A DNA stretch of 25,307 nt from Ilumatobacteraceae bacterium. GTDB lineage: Bacteria > Actinomycetota > Acidimicrobiia > Acidimicrobiales > Ilumatobacteraceae. Both the position numbers and the translations under genes were made by a program. The notes under the pieces were generated by a model. It worked only from the letters and a program-made list of their open reading frames with translations. It was not told the origin of the DNA and did not search any database. The stretch is taken from assembly GCA_044233525.1 (NCBI GenBank), contig JBIIJW010000001.1:1-25307 (forward strand). The letters are read 5' to 3'. This document shows positions 18,062 through 25,307 of the stretch, piece after piece. Numbering within the stretch: position 1 is the stretch's first letter; every line of letters starts with the position of its first letter.

Positions 18062-21004
18062 TTGGCAGCAAAGAAGATTCGCGTTTCCGAACTCGCAAAA
18101 GAGTTGGGCCTCACCAATAAAGAGGCTCTCGATTTGTCTGTCTCGATGGGTGTTCCTGTCAAGGCAATCTCATCGACCATGGAAGATGCACAGGCCGATC
18201 GTGTTCGCCGTCGAGCAGAACGCGATGGCCTCGTTCGCGACGCCCAGCCTGAAGAAGAAAAGCCCGCTAAAAAAGCAGCAGCCAAGAAAGCTCCTGCAAA
18301 GAAGGCTGCCGCAACGTCTACAGATGACTCCACAGAGGGCGTAGCGGAAAAGCCAGCAAAGAAGGCTGCGGCCAAGAAAGCACCTGCCAAGAAAGCAGCA
18401 GCTAAAAAAGTCGACGCAGCACCGGTTGAAGCGGACGCACCTGCTCCAGTGGTAGACGTCGTTGCTCCTGCACCTGAAGCGCCAGTTGTTCAAGTTGTCG
18501 ACACACCTGCGCCACCGGTTGCCGAGCCAGAAGCACCACAATCAGAAACGCAGCGTCCGGCTGCCTCTGGTGAGGGTCGAGTGATCTCAAGCGGTCGTCC
18601 AAGTCCCACAACGGGAACTCCACGTCCGCCAATCAATCAGCAGCCAACGCCGCGTCCAGCACCTCCGCAAGGTCGCCCCGGTGGAACTCCTCCAGGAATG
18701 CCACCAGGGATGCCGCCAGGTGCACGTCCAGGTGGGCGTCCCATTCCGCCACCCCCAGGTCCAATGTCTGCCACAGGGCGTCCCATTCCGCCACCCCCAG
18801 GCCAGCGGGTTGCTCCTGGGTCACGCCCAGCGAGCCCATCTGGGTTCCGCCCAGGTCCAGGTGCACGTCCTGGCCCAGGTAGTCGTCCAGGTCCCGGCAC
18901 GCGCCCAGGTCCAGGTAGTCGTCCAGGCCCTGGTGGTCCACGCCCCGGCGGCGGTCCAGGTGGTCCACGTCCAGGTGGCGGCCCAGGTGGCGCACGTCCC
19001 GGTTTTGGTGGTCCACGTCCCGGTGGCGGCCCAGGTGGCGGTCCCGGTGCAGGTGCACCTGGTGGTGGTCCACGTCCCGGTGGCGGCCCAGGTGGCGGCC
19101 CCGGTGGTCCACGCAATGGTCAACGTCGCGCACCGCGTAAGAAGTCACGTGCACGTCGTCGTCGCGAGTTCGATGAATTGCAGCCGCAGTTCACGCAGTA
19201 CTCAAACAGCAACGCACCAGTTCCAGAAGGCACCATCATTATCGAACGTGGCTGGTCGGCACAGGAGTTTGCTCCGAAACTGAATCGCACCGCAGCAGAC
19301 GTTGTTCGTTACATGTTGGAACACGGTGAAATGATCACCGCAACCATGAGTCTCAGCGACGATCAAATGGAATTGTTTGCACTTGAAGTTGGTGCAGAAA
19401 TTCTGTTGGTTGATCCAGGTCAGCAACAAGAAACCGAATTGCAGGCACTGTTCGACGATTCCGATGACGACGACGAGTCATTGCAGGAGCCACGTCCACC
19501 AGTCATCACTGTGATGGGTCACGTAGACCACGGTAAAACAACATTGCTCGACCGAATTCGTTCTGCAAACGTCGTTGCCGGCGAAGCTGGTGGAATCACT
19601 CAGCACATTGGTGCATACCAAGTGTTGAAAGATGGCAAGAAGATCACCTTCATTGACACGCCTGGTCACGCCGCGTTCTCAAAGATGCGTATGCGTGGTG
19701 CTCAAGTCACCGACGTTGTCGTACTTGTTGTGGCTGCAGACGACGGCGTCATGCCACAAACTATCGAGGCACTCAATCACGCAAAGGCTGCAGACGTTCC
19801 CATCGTTGTTGCTGTGAACAAGATCGACAAAGAAAACGCCGACCCGCAACGAGTTCTCACGCAGTTAGCTGAGTATGAACTTGTTCCTGAAGCGTGGGGT
19901 GGCGACACCATCGTTGTTGAAATGTCTGCACAGCAGAACCTTGGCGTCGACGACTTGCTTGAACAGTTGAATGTCGTTGCAGAACTTGAAGAACTCACAG
20001 CCAACCCGCAAGGTCGTGCAAAGGGTGTTGTGCTCGAAGCAAACCTCGACATCGGTCGTGGTCCTGTGGCAACAGTTCTTGTCGACAAGGGAACATTGAA
20101 AGTCGGCGACCCCATCGTGGCTGGAGCTGCATGGGGCAAAGTTCGTGCGCTCATCAACGAGCGTGGCGAGCAAGTAAAAGAAGCTGGTCCATCAACACCG
20201 GTTCAGGTTCTTGGCTTGTCCAGCGTTCCTCAGGCGGGAGATGAATTCCGTGCCGCACCAGACGAAAAGACAGCACGTCTTGTTGGTGATTCACGTGGTC
20301 AAACGCGTCGGGTACTGAACCAGCGAGGCGATGCACGGGTGCAAAGCGGCGTGAAGTTGGAAGACATCTTCAGCCAGATTCAGGCTGGCGAAGTTGCCAC
20401 CCTCAACCTTGTTATCAAGGCCGACGTACAAGGTTCACTTGAAGCGGTCACTGAAAGTTTGCGCAAGCTAGAGCGCGATGAAGTCAAGGTTGCATTCGTG
20501 CACCGTGGCGTTGGCGGAATCACCGAAAACGACATCACTTTGGCTGCAGCAACTAACGCAACACTCATTGGTTTCAATGTTCGTCCAGACCGTAAGTCTC
20601 GCGACTTGGCCGAAGCCGAGAAGGTAGAGATTCGTACCTACGAAATCATCTACAAACTCTTGGAAGATATGGAACGAGCAATGCTTGGTCTGTTGGCACC
20701 AGAGTTCGAAGAAGTGGTCACTGGCGAAGCAGAAGTGCGCGAAATCTTCCGCGTTCCAAAGATTGGCGCCATCGCAGGTTGTTTCATTCGTACGGGCGTC
20801 ATCACGCGTGGCACGAAGGTTCGCTTCTTGCGCGACGGCACCATCATCTGGAAGGGCTCCATTCAGTCGTTGCGTCGCTTCAAGGACGATGTCCGCGAAG
20901 TGCGCGAAGGTTTCGAATGCGGTATTGGTTTGTCCGACTTCCAAGATTTGAAGCCTGGTGACCTCATCGAAACATACGAAGAGCGCGAGATTGCTAGGGC
21001 ATAG
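18062..21004 (+). CDS. infB: Translation initiation factor IF-2
   Basis: RVSELAKELG N-domain; RPPVITVMGHVDHGKTTLLD, GGITQHIGAY, FIDTPGHAAF, NKID; SLRRFKDDV.EV..GFECGI. TTG start with GGAGG SD inside the nusA 3' end. Confidence 0.98.
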   Translation: MAAKKIRVSELAKELGLTNKEALDLSVSMGVPVKAISSTMEDAQADRVRRRAERDGLVRDAQPEEEKPAKKAAAKKAPAKKAAATSTDDSTEGVAEKPAKKAAAKKAPAKKAAAKKVDAAPVEADAPAPVVDVVAPAPEAPVVQVVDTPAPPVAEPEAPQSETQRPAASGEGRVISSGRPSPTTGTPRPPINQQPTPRPAPPQGRPGGTPPGMPPGMPPGARPGGRPIPPPPGPMSATGRPIPPPPGQRVAPGSRPASPSGFRPGPGARPGPGSRPGPGTRPGPGSRPGPGGPRPGGGPGGPRPGGGPGGARPGFGGPRPGGGPGGGPGAGAPGGGPRPGGGPGGGPGGPRNGQRRAPRKKSRARRRREFDELQPQFTQYSNSNAPVPEGTIIIERGWSAQEFAPKLNRTAADVVRYMLEHGEMITATMSLSDDQMELFALEVGAEILLVDPGQQQETELQALFDDSDDDDESLQEPRPPVITVMGHVDHGKTTLLDRIRSANVVAGEAGGITQHIGAYQVLKDGKKITFIDTPGHAAFSKMRMRGAQVTDVVVLVVAADDGVMPQTIEALNHAKAADVPIVVAVNKIDKENADPQRVLTQLAEYELVPEAWGGDTIVVEMSAQQNLGVDDLLEQLNVVAELEELTANPQGRAKGVVLEANLDIGRGPVATVLVDKGTLKVGDPIVAGAAWGKVRALINERGEQVKEAGPSTPVQVLGLSSVPQAGDEFRAAPDEKTARLVGDSRGQTRRVLNQRGDARVQSGVKLEDIFSQIQAGEVATLNLVIKADVQGSLEAVTESLRKLERDEVKVAFVHRGVGGITENDITLAAATNATLIGFNVRPDRKSRDLAEAEKVEIRTYEIIYKLLEDMERAMLGLLAPEFEEVVTGEAEVREIFRVPKIGAIAGCFIRTGVITRGTKVRFLRDGTIIWKGSIQSLRRFKDDVREVREGFECGIGLSDFQDLKPGDLIETYEEREIARA
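18257..18403 (+). repeat. Two copies of the 19-aa repeat EKPAKKAAAKKAPAKKAAA in IF2
   Basis: Copies at 18257-18313 and 18347-18403, identical in protein. Confidence 0.9.
18600..19115 (+). repeat. Pro/Gly low-complexity repeats in IF2 (RPGPGS, GGPRPGGGPG)
   Basis: Direct reading; includes an exact 26-nt direct repeat at 18734-18759 and 18776-18801. Boundaries approximate. Confidence 0.85.
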
Positions 21005-21006
21005 CC

Positions 21007-21648
21007 ATGGCAGATCTTGATTTCTTCTTCGATCCTGTGTGTCCGTGGGCGTGGATTACATCTCGTTGGGTGCGCGAGGTTCAGGACCTTCGGGCGTATG
21101 ACGTGCAATGGAAATTCATCTCGTTGAAATTCCTGAACGAAGACAAGATGGACTACTCAAAAATGCCCGAGGGTTACAAAGAGATCCATGCTGCTGGAAC
21201 TTCTGGTTTACGTGTTGCTGCACGCGCACGTGCTGAACAAGGTAACGATGCAGTGTCCACGGTGTACACCGCGCTTGGCACCAGCTTGCACAACCGCGAA
21301 GAACGTGCATTGTTTGTTGCGGACACAGTTGGTCATGTTGGTGGTTTGTTGGAAGCAGCCGGTTTGCCATCAGAGTGGGCGCAGTCGGTGAATGATGATT
21401 CATTCGATGCGTTAATTCGTAGCGAGACCGAACTTGCACTTGAGCGCACTGGCAAAGACGTGGGAACACCCATCCTCACGTTCCGCCCGGGTGCGTCAAA
21501 CGAAGGCTCGTTCTTCGGCCCTGTTATCTCAGCGATTCCTCGTGGCGATGAAGCGCTGAAGTTGTGGGACGCGGTGGAGACGTTGGCAACAACATCTGGC
21601 ATGGCAGAGCTGAAGCGTTCGCTTCGCGCCCGCCCCAGCTTTGATTAG
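21007..21648 (+). CDS. DsbA-like thioredoxin-fold protein, Rv2466c family (putative mycothiol-dependent reductase)
   Basis: DFFFDPVCPWAWITSRW, DVGTP (cis-Pro loop), FFGPVIS.IPRG.EA.KLWD, ELKR and terminal FD match the Rv2466c pattern as I recall it. Confidence 0.85.
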   Translation: MADLDFFFDPVCPWAWITSRWVREVQDLRAYDVQWKFISLKFLNEDKMDYSKMPEGYKEIHAAGTSGLRVAARARAEQGNDAVSTVYTALGTSLHNREERALFVADTVGHVGGLLEAAGLPSEWAQSVNDDSFDALIRSETELALERTGKDVGTPILTFRPGASNEGSFFGPVISAIPRGDEALKLWDAVETLATTSGMAELKRSLRARPSFD

Positions 21649-21654
21649 CCGACG

Positions 21655-22674
21655 CTACGCCTTCTTGAGTGCGTCGATCACTGGCATCCATGTTTCTGGG
21701 TCTGCCTTGTATGGCGCATAGAAACTGATGCGGCTGATCACGTCGCTGTAACGACGGCTGAGCTCTGGTGCAACCTGTGACGGCTCTCCAACAACTGCGA
21801 ACGTGTTGAGAATCTCATCAGTAATGAGTTCGCCCATCTCTTTCCACTTGCCACCTTTCGACAACGTGTTGAGCTCGTCCTGTAGTCCGCCCCAGCCGTG
21901 TGCTTCAAGCACGCCACGGTAAGCAGGAGTAGATCCGTAGAACGCAATTTGCTGACGAGTGCCCGCAGAAGCGGCCTTCAATTGTTCTTCGGTTGTACCG
22001 GTCACGACAAATGACGGCCCAACAATCTCGAAACCTTCCATTGTTTTTCCGGCCTTCGCACGACCTCGCGCAAGGGCTGGAATAGTGACTTCACGCAGGT
22101 ACTTCTCGGTGGTGAAGCCGTGGCACAAGAATCCGTCGCATACTTCGCCTGCAACTTCGGTCATCAATTCACCAACACCAGCGAGATAGATCTTTGGTGG
22201 CCCAAATGGCGATAACTCTTTTGCATCAGGCGTAAAGAATGGCGTCATCAACGTATGTGTGTAGAAATCGCCACGGAAGTTGAGTTGAGTTCCGTTTTGC
22301 CAGCAATCCCAAATGGCGCGCATCGCCAAAATCATTTCGCGCATACGTGCAGCAGGGTGACTCCACTCCATCGAGAAACGCTTTGTGATGTGTGGCTTAA
22401 TTTGGCTACCAAGCCCCAACATGAATCGACCCTGCGAGTAGGCCTGCAAGTCCCAACCGATGTTGGCGAGTGTCATTGGGTTTCGAGCAAAAGCCACCGC
22501 GATGGAGGTTCCTAACTCCAATGTTGAGGTGTGTTCTGCGCCAAGAAGAAGCGGGAAGAACGGATCATGTGCTGTTTCTGCAGTCCATGCACCGGCGTAA
22601 CCAGCAGATTCCAATTCTTTAGCTGCTTGTGGAACCTTTGTGAGGTCAAAGCCAAGTCCACCGTCTACCTTCAT
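21655..22674 (-). CDS. LLM-class, probably F420-dependent oxidoreductase (TIGR03617-like)
   Basis: AETAHDPF, GTSIAVAFARNPM, GRFMLGLGSQIKPHITKRFS, FYTHTLMTPFF, AFYGSTPAYRGVL. Confidence 0.85.
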   Translation of the reverse strand: MKVDGGLGFDLTKVPQAAKELESAGYAGAWTAETAHDPFFPLLLGAEHTSTLELGTSIAVAFARNPMTLANIGWDLQAYSQGRFMLGLGSQIKPHITKRFSMEWSHPAARMREMILAMRAIWDCWQNGTQLNFRGDFYTHTLMTPFFTPDAKELSPFGPPKIYLAGVGELMTEVAGEVCDGFLCHGFTTEKYLREVTIPALARGRAKAGKTMEGFEIVGPSFVVTGTTEEQLKAASAGTRQQIAFYGSTPAYRGVLEAHGWGGLQDELNTLSKGGKWKEMGELITDEILNTFAVVGEPSQVAPELSRRYSDVISRISFYAPYKADPETWMPVIDALKKA

Positions 22675-22675
22675 G

Positions 22676-23563
22676 TCATTCTCCTAGTTGTTGGTCTCGC
22701 AAGAACTGCTCGACTTCTGCGGCTAATTCATCCACTGTAGGGATGTTGCTGGTGTCGTCATTTATTGGCGCACCATGCGTCTCATCATATGCGGCCTCTA
22801 ATTGCTGCAACATTCCTGCGTGCTCGGGATTATTCGCAACCAGTTGGTCCAGGCGTTCGCGTTGCACAGCAGATTCGCGTCGCAAGCGTGACGAATCGAA
22901 ATGTAATCCATTATCTGCACACAGTGCTTGAATGAGTGCGTCACTGGCCAGCGGGTAGGCCATTGATGCGACATAGTGGGGGACTTGTGCCCACAAACTG
23001 ACGGCTTCAATGCCACAGTTCATCAACGTGTGTTCAAGGAGAGACTGCACACCAGCTGGCGCATCGAGGGTGCTGCGTGACAGGTCTAGTCGTTCAATCA
23101 CTGCTGGATCCGCAGACGTTGCGGTGATTCCCACTGGTCGTGTGTGGGGCGCTCCAAATGGGTATGCGCCGAGCCCAACCATTTTTTGTACATTCATCTG
23201 CTGTGCGAGTTCGCCAACAGTACGCGCAAAGAAGTTCCACGCCATATCCGGTTCTGGTCCGGTGAGAAGCAACACATCGCGACCTTTGGCATCGCGACCT
23301 ACTCGAATCTCGGGAACGCTCCATTCAATGTTGGTATTGACGCCATCTCGTAATTCCATCACTGGTCGACGCGCGCGATAGTCGATGAAGGTGTCGCCAT
23401 CGAAAGTAACAAGACGGCTGGAGTGTGATTCAGTGCTGAGTAATTCCATAGCCGCCGCTGCAGCACCACTCGCATCTATCCATCCAGCGAACTGGGTAAT
23501 GAGAATTGGCGAGTGAAGTTCTGGAAGAAGACCATCAACAGTGAAGGGGAGTCCGTTTGGCAT
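22676..23563 (-). CDS. PAC2 family (proteasome assembly chaperone-like) protein
   Basis: FAGWIDASGAA, FIDYRARRP, LLTGPEPD..W, GAYPFGAPHTRP, WAQVPHY, LE..YD, ELAAEVEQFLR. Confidence 0.85.
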   Translation of the reverse strand: MPNGLPFTVDGLLPELHSPILITQFAGWIDASGAAAAAMELLSTESHSSRLVTFDGDTFIDYRARRPVMELRDGVNTNIEWSVPEIRVGRDAKGRDVLLLTGPEPDMAWNFFARTVGELAQQMNVQKMVGLGAYPFGAPHTRPVGITATSADPAVIERLDLSRSTLDAPAGVQSLLEHTLMNCGIEAVSLWAQVPHYVASMAYPLASDALIQALCADNGLHFDSSRLRRESAVQRERLDQLVANNPEHAGMLQQLEAAYDETHGAPINDDTSNIPTVDELAAEVEQFLRDQQLGE

Positions 23564-23565
23564 TT

Positions 23566-24597
23566 TTAACGGAGATTCTCAAGAATTGAGGCGGCGCGCT
23601 GTGATGCGCCTTCCACTTGAAGTCTGAATGGCTCTAGCTCTGCAGGGTCTTTCTGGCCAAGTGCACCACCGAGATAACGGGCGTAGACGCCTTCGATGAT
23701 GCAGGCAAGTTTCCAGAATGCGAACGCAACATAGAAATCGAGTTGTGAAATATCGCGACTAGACACCTTTCCATAGCGTTCTGCTAACTCGGCGCGGTTC
23801 AAGAAACCCTCGGCTGTGTTCACGGGGTTTGCCCATGCGCTTGCATCATCTTGAGGTCCAGTCCAGTACACCATCAACAATCCAAGGTCTGCCATAGGGT
23901 CACCGAGAGTGCAGATTTCCCAATCAAGAACTGCGATGACTTTGCCCGATGCATCGACCATGCAGTTGTCTAAGCGATAGTCGCCGTGCACCAATGTCGC
24001 CGCACCTTGTGCGGGGATGCGGTTCATTAATTCTTGGTACACACTGTCAACGAGAGGAAGGTCTCGAGTGCGCTGTTCCACGATGTTTCCATGCCAGCGC
24101 TTCAGCTGGCGCGCGATGTAGTCCTCGTGCTTGCCGAGATCATTCAGTCCGGCGGCGACGAGATCAACATTGTGGATTGCCGCCATCGTGTCAACGATTG
24201 ATTCGCTGGCGCGACGACAGCCGTCTCGGCCGAGAAGAGTTTCTGCCACCGACTTCTCCCGAACAACGTGGCCATCAACAAATGACATCACATAGAAGGG
24301 GAGTTCGTTGATGTTGTTATCTGTACACAAACCCAATGCGGGAGCAACGGGAACATTTGTATTCGCTAATCCGGCAATGATGCGATGTTCGCGAGTCATG
24401 TCGTGAGCACTTGCGAGGCGATGGCCAAGAGGTGGGCGACGTAAAACATATGAATGTCCTACGGCATCGTCCACCTTGAACGTGAGGTTTGAGTGACCGC
24501 CTGCAATCTGTGTGTAACGAAAGGGTGCTGTTGCTCCGGGAATGTTGGCCACTAGCCAACCTTCAACGTTTTCACTGATGCCATGGGGAAGACTCAC
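23566..24597 (-). CDS. APH/choline-kinase-like phosphotransferase, ACAD10/11 N-terminal type
   Basis: IAGGHSNLTF, VLRRPP, AHDMTREH, PFYVMSFVDG, LVHGDYRLDN, VLDWEICTLGDP.ADLG. GTG start. Confidence 0.85.
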   Translation of the reverse strand: MSLPHGISENVEGWLVANIPGATAPFRYTQIAGGHSNLTFKVDDAVGHSYVLRRPPLGHRLASAHDMTREHRIIAGLANTNVPVAPALGLCTDNNINELPFYVMSFVDGHVVREKSVAETLLGRDGCRRASESIVDTMAAIHNVDLVAAGLNDLGKHEDYIARQLKRWHGNIVEQRTRDLPLVDSVYQELMNRIPAQGAATLVHGDYRLDNCMVDASGKVIAVLDWEICTLGDPMADLGLLMVYWTGPQDDASAWANPVNTAEGFLNRAELAERYGKVSSRDISQLDFYVAFAFWKLACIIEGVYARYLGGALGQKDPAELEPFRLQVEGASQRAASILENLR

Positions 24598-24626
24598 GAC
24601 TCAAAAACTACCTGTATCGTGCCCGT
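24598..24626. promoter_or_regulatory. Candidate bidirectional leaderless promoter
   Basis: + strand TATCGT 24615-24620 lies 6 nt before ATG 24627; - strand TAGTTT (24610-24605) lies 7 nt before GTG 24597; no SD for either gene. Confidence 0.5.
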
Positions 24627-25307
24627 ATGGCCCTCACCGTCACTGATGCAACCTTCCAGACCGAGGTCATCGAACGATCGCTCACCACACCAGTCATTGT
24701 GGATTTTTGGGCGGAGTGGTGCGGTCCATGCAAAACCTTGACACCGATCCTCGAAAAGGCAACAGATGCCACCCAGGGTCAAGTTGTTCTCGCCAAGGTT
24801 GATGCCGATTCCAACCCTGGATTAATGCAGGCGTTTGGGATTAAGTCAATTCCCACTGTTGTCATTTACAAAGACGGACAACCCATCGATGGCTTCATGG
24901 GTGCAAAGCCTGAACATGTCATCGAACAACTGGTGACGGCTCTTTTGCCGAACCCCACCGATCTGCGTGTCCGAGATTTGTTGCAAACGGGGACAGAAGA
25001 GTCTCTTCGCGATGCTGTTGCACTTGCTCCGGGAAATGAAGATGCAGTGTGTTCGCTTTCCGAGCATCTTGTACGCAATGGTCAGGCGGAAGAAGCACTC
25101 ACGTTGCTGGCACGTCTTCCTGAGACAGATCGCGTTCGACGCATTGCAGCCAATGCTCGGTTGTCATTGAATCCCGTCGATAATTTCGATGACGAACTCG
25201 TTGCGCTCCTCGACCGAGTGAAGGCAGATGAAGTTGCTCGTCAAGAGTTCTTAGACATCTTGGAGTCCATGGGGCCAGACGACCCTCGCACAGCGAAATA
25301 TCGCAAA
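24627..25307 (+). CDS. Thioredoxin domain plus TPR-like helical protein (CnoX/YbbN-like), runs off the window
   Basis: Not in the ORF track (no stop in window). Manual translation: MALTVTDATFQTEVIERSLTTPVIVDFWAEWCGPCKTL...IKSIPTV...helical region...ARQEFLDILESMGPDDPRTAKYRK; 227 open codons. Confidence 0.88.
   Translation, partial: MALTVTDATFQTEVIERSLTTPVIVDFWAEWCGPCKTLTPILEKATDATQGQVVLAKVDADSNPGLMQAFGIKSIPTVVIYKDGQPIDGFMGAKPEHVIEQLVTALLPNPTDLRVRDLLQTGTEESLRDAVALAPGNEDAVCSLSEHLVRNGQAEEALTLLARLPETDRVRRIAANARLSLNPVDNFDDELVALLDRVKADEVARQEFLDILESMGPDDPRTAKYRK

Noticed and set aside
18840-19110. Tandem GC-rich repeats as a CRISPR or non-coding repeat array
   Set aside because: In-frame coding repeats with no constant repeat-spacer structure and no cas genes.
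18402-19283. Several long alternative-frame ORFs over infB (173, 159, 200 and 100 aa)
   Set aside because: Shadows of the Pro/Gly repeat region, whose codons rarely give stops in other frames; no domain-like content.
23566-24597. Aminoglycoside resistance gene
   Set aside because: Motifs (AHDMTRE, LDWE..TLGDP) fit the ACAD10/11-like metabolic kinase branch rather than APH resistance enzymes.
1-25307. dif site, tRNA or rRNA genes
   Set aside because: None recognised by eye; intergenic gaps are mostly too short. A tRNAscan-SE or Rfam scan would confirm.

Overview
Gene-dense core-chromosome window, GC roughly mid-50s% by eye. The proteins look actinobacterial, most likely class Acidimicrobiia; this is inferred from protein style and gene order, not from a search. 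Order: a partial divergent lipoprotein gene; comM-dprA-xerC-whiG(sigma28)-M23-like; rpsB-tsf-pyrH-frr-cdsA-dxr-rseP-ispG; a reverse-strand proS-manA pair; rimP-nusA-infB plus an Rv2466c-like thioredoxin-fold gene; a reverse-strand kinase-PAC2-F420 LLM operon; and a partial thioredoxin/TPR (CnoX/YbbN-like) gene. I found no rRNA, tRNA, CRISPR array or transposase. The most unusual feature is the XerC-family recombinase. It carries a second, diverged copy of its N-terminal core-binding domain, in which basic residues of the last helix are replaced by acidic or neutral ones, and it is translationally coupled to a WhiG-type sigma factor downstream of DNA-uptake genes. Other observations: an M23 protein lacking most zinc ligands, a pseudoknot-capable rpsB leader, a terminator in the rimP-nusA leader, a 29-bp back-to-back leaderless promoter pair, a CdsA with a ~140-aa acidic extension, and a synonymously diverged histone-like repeat in IF2.
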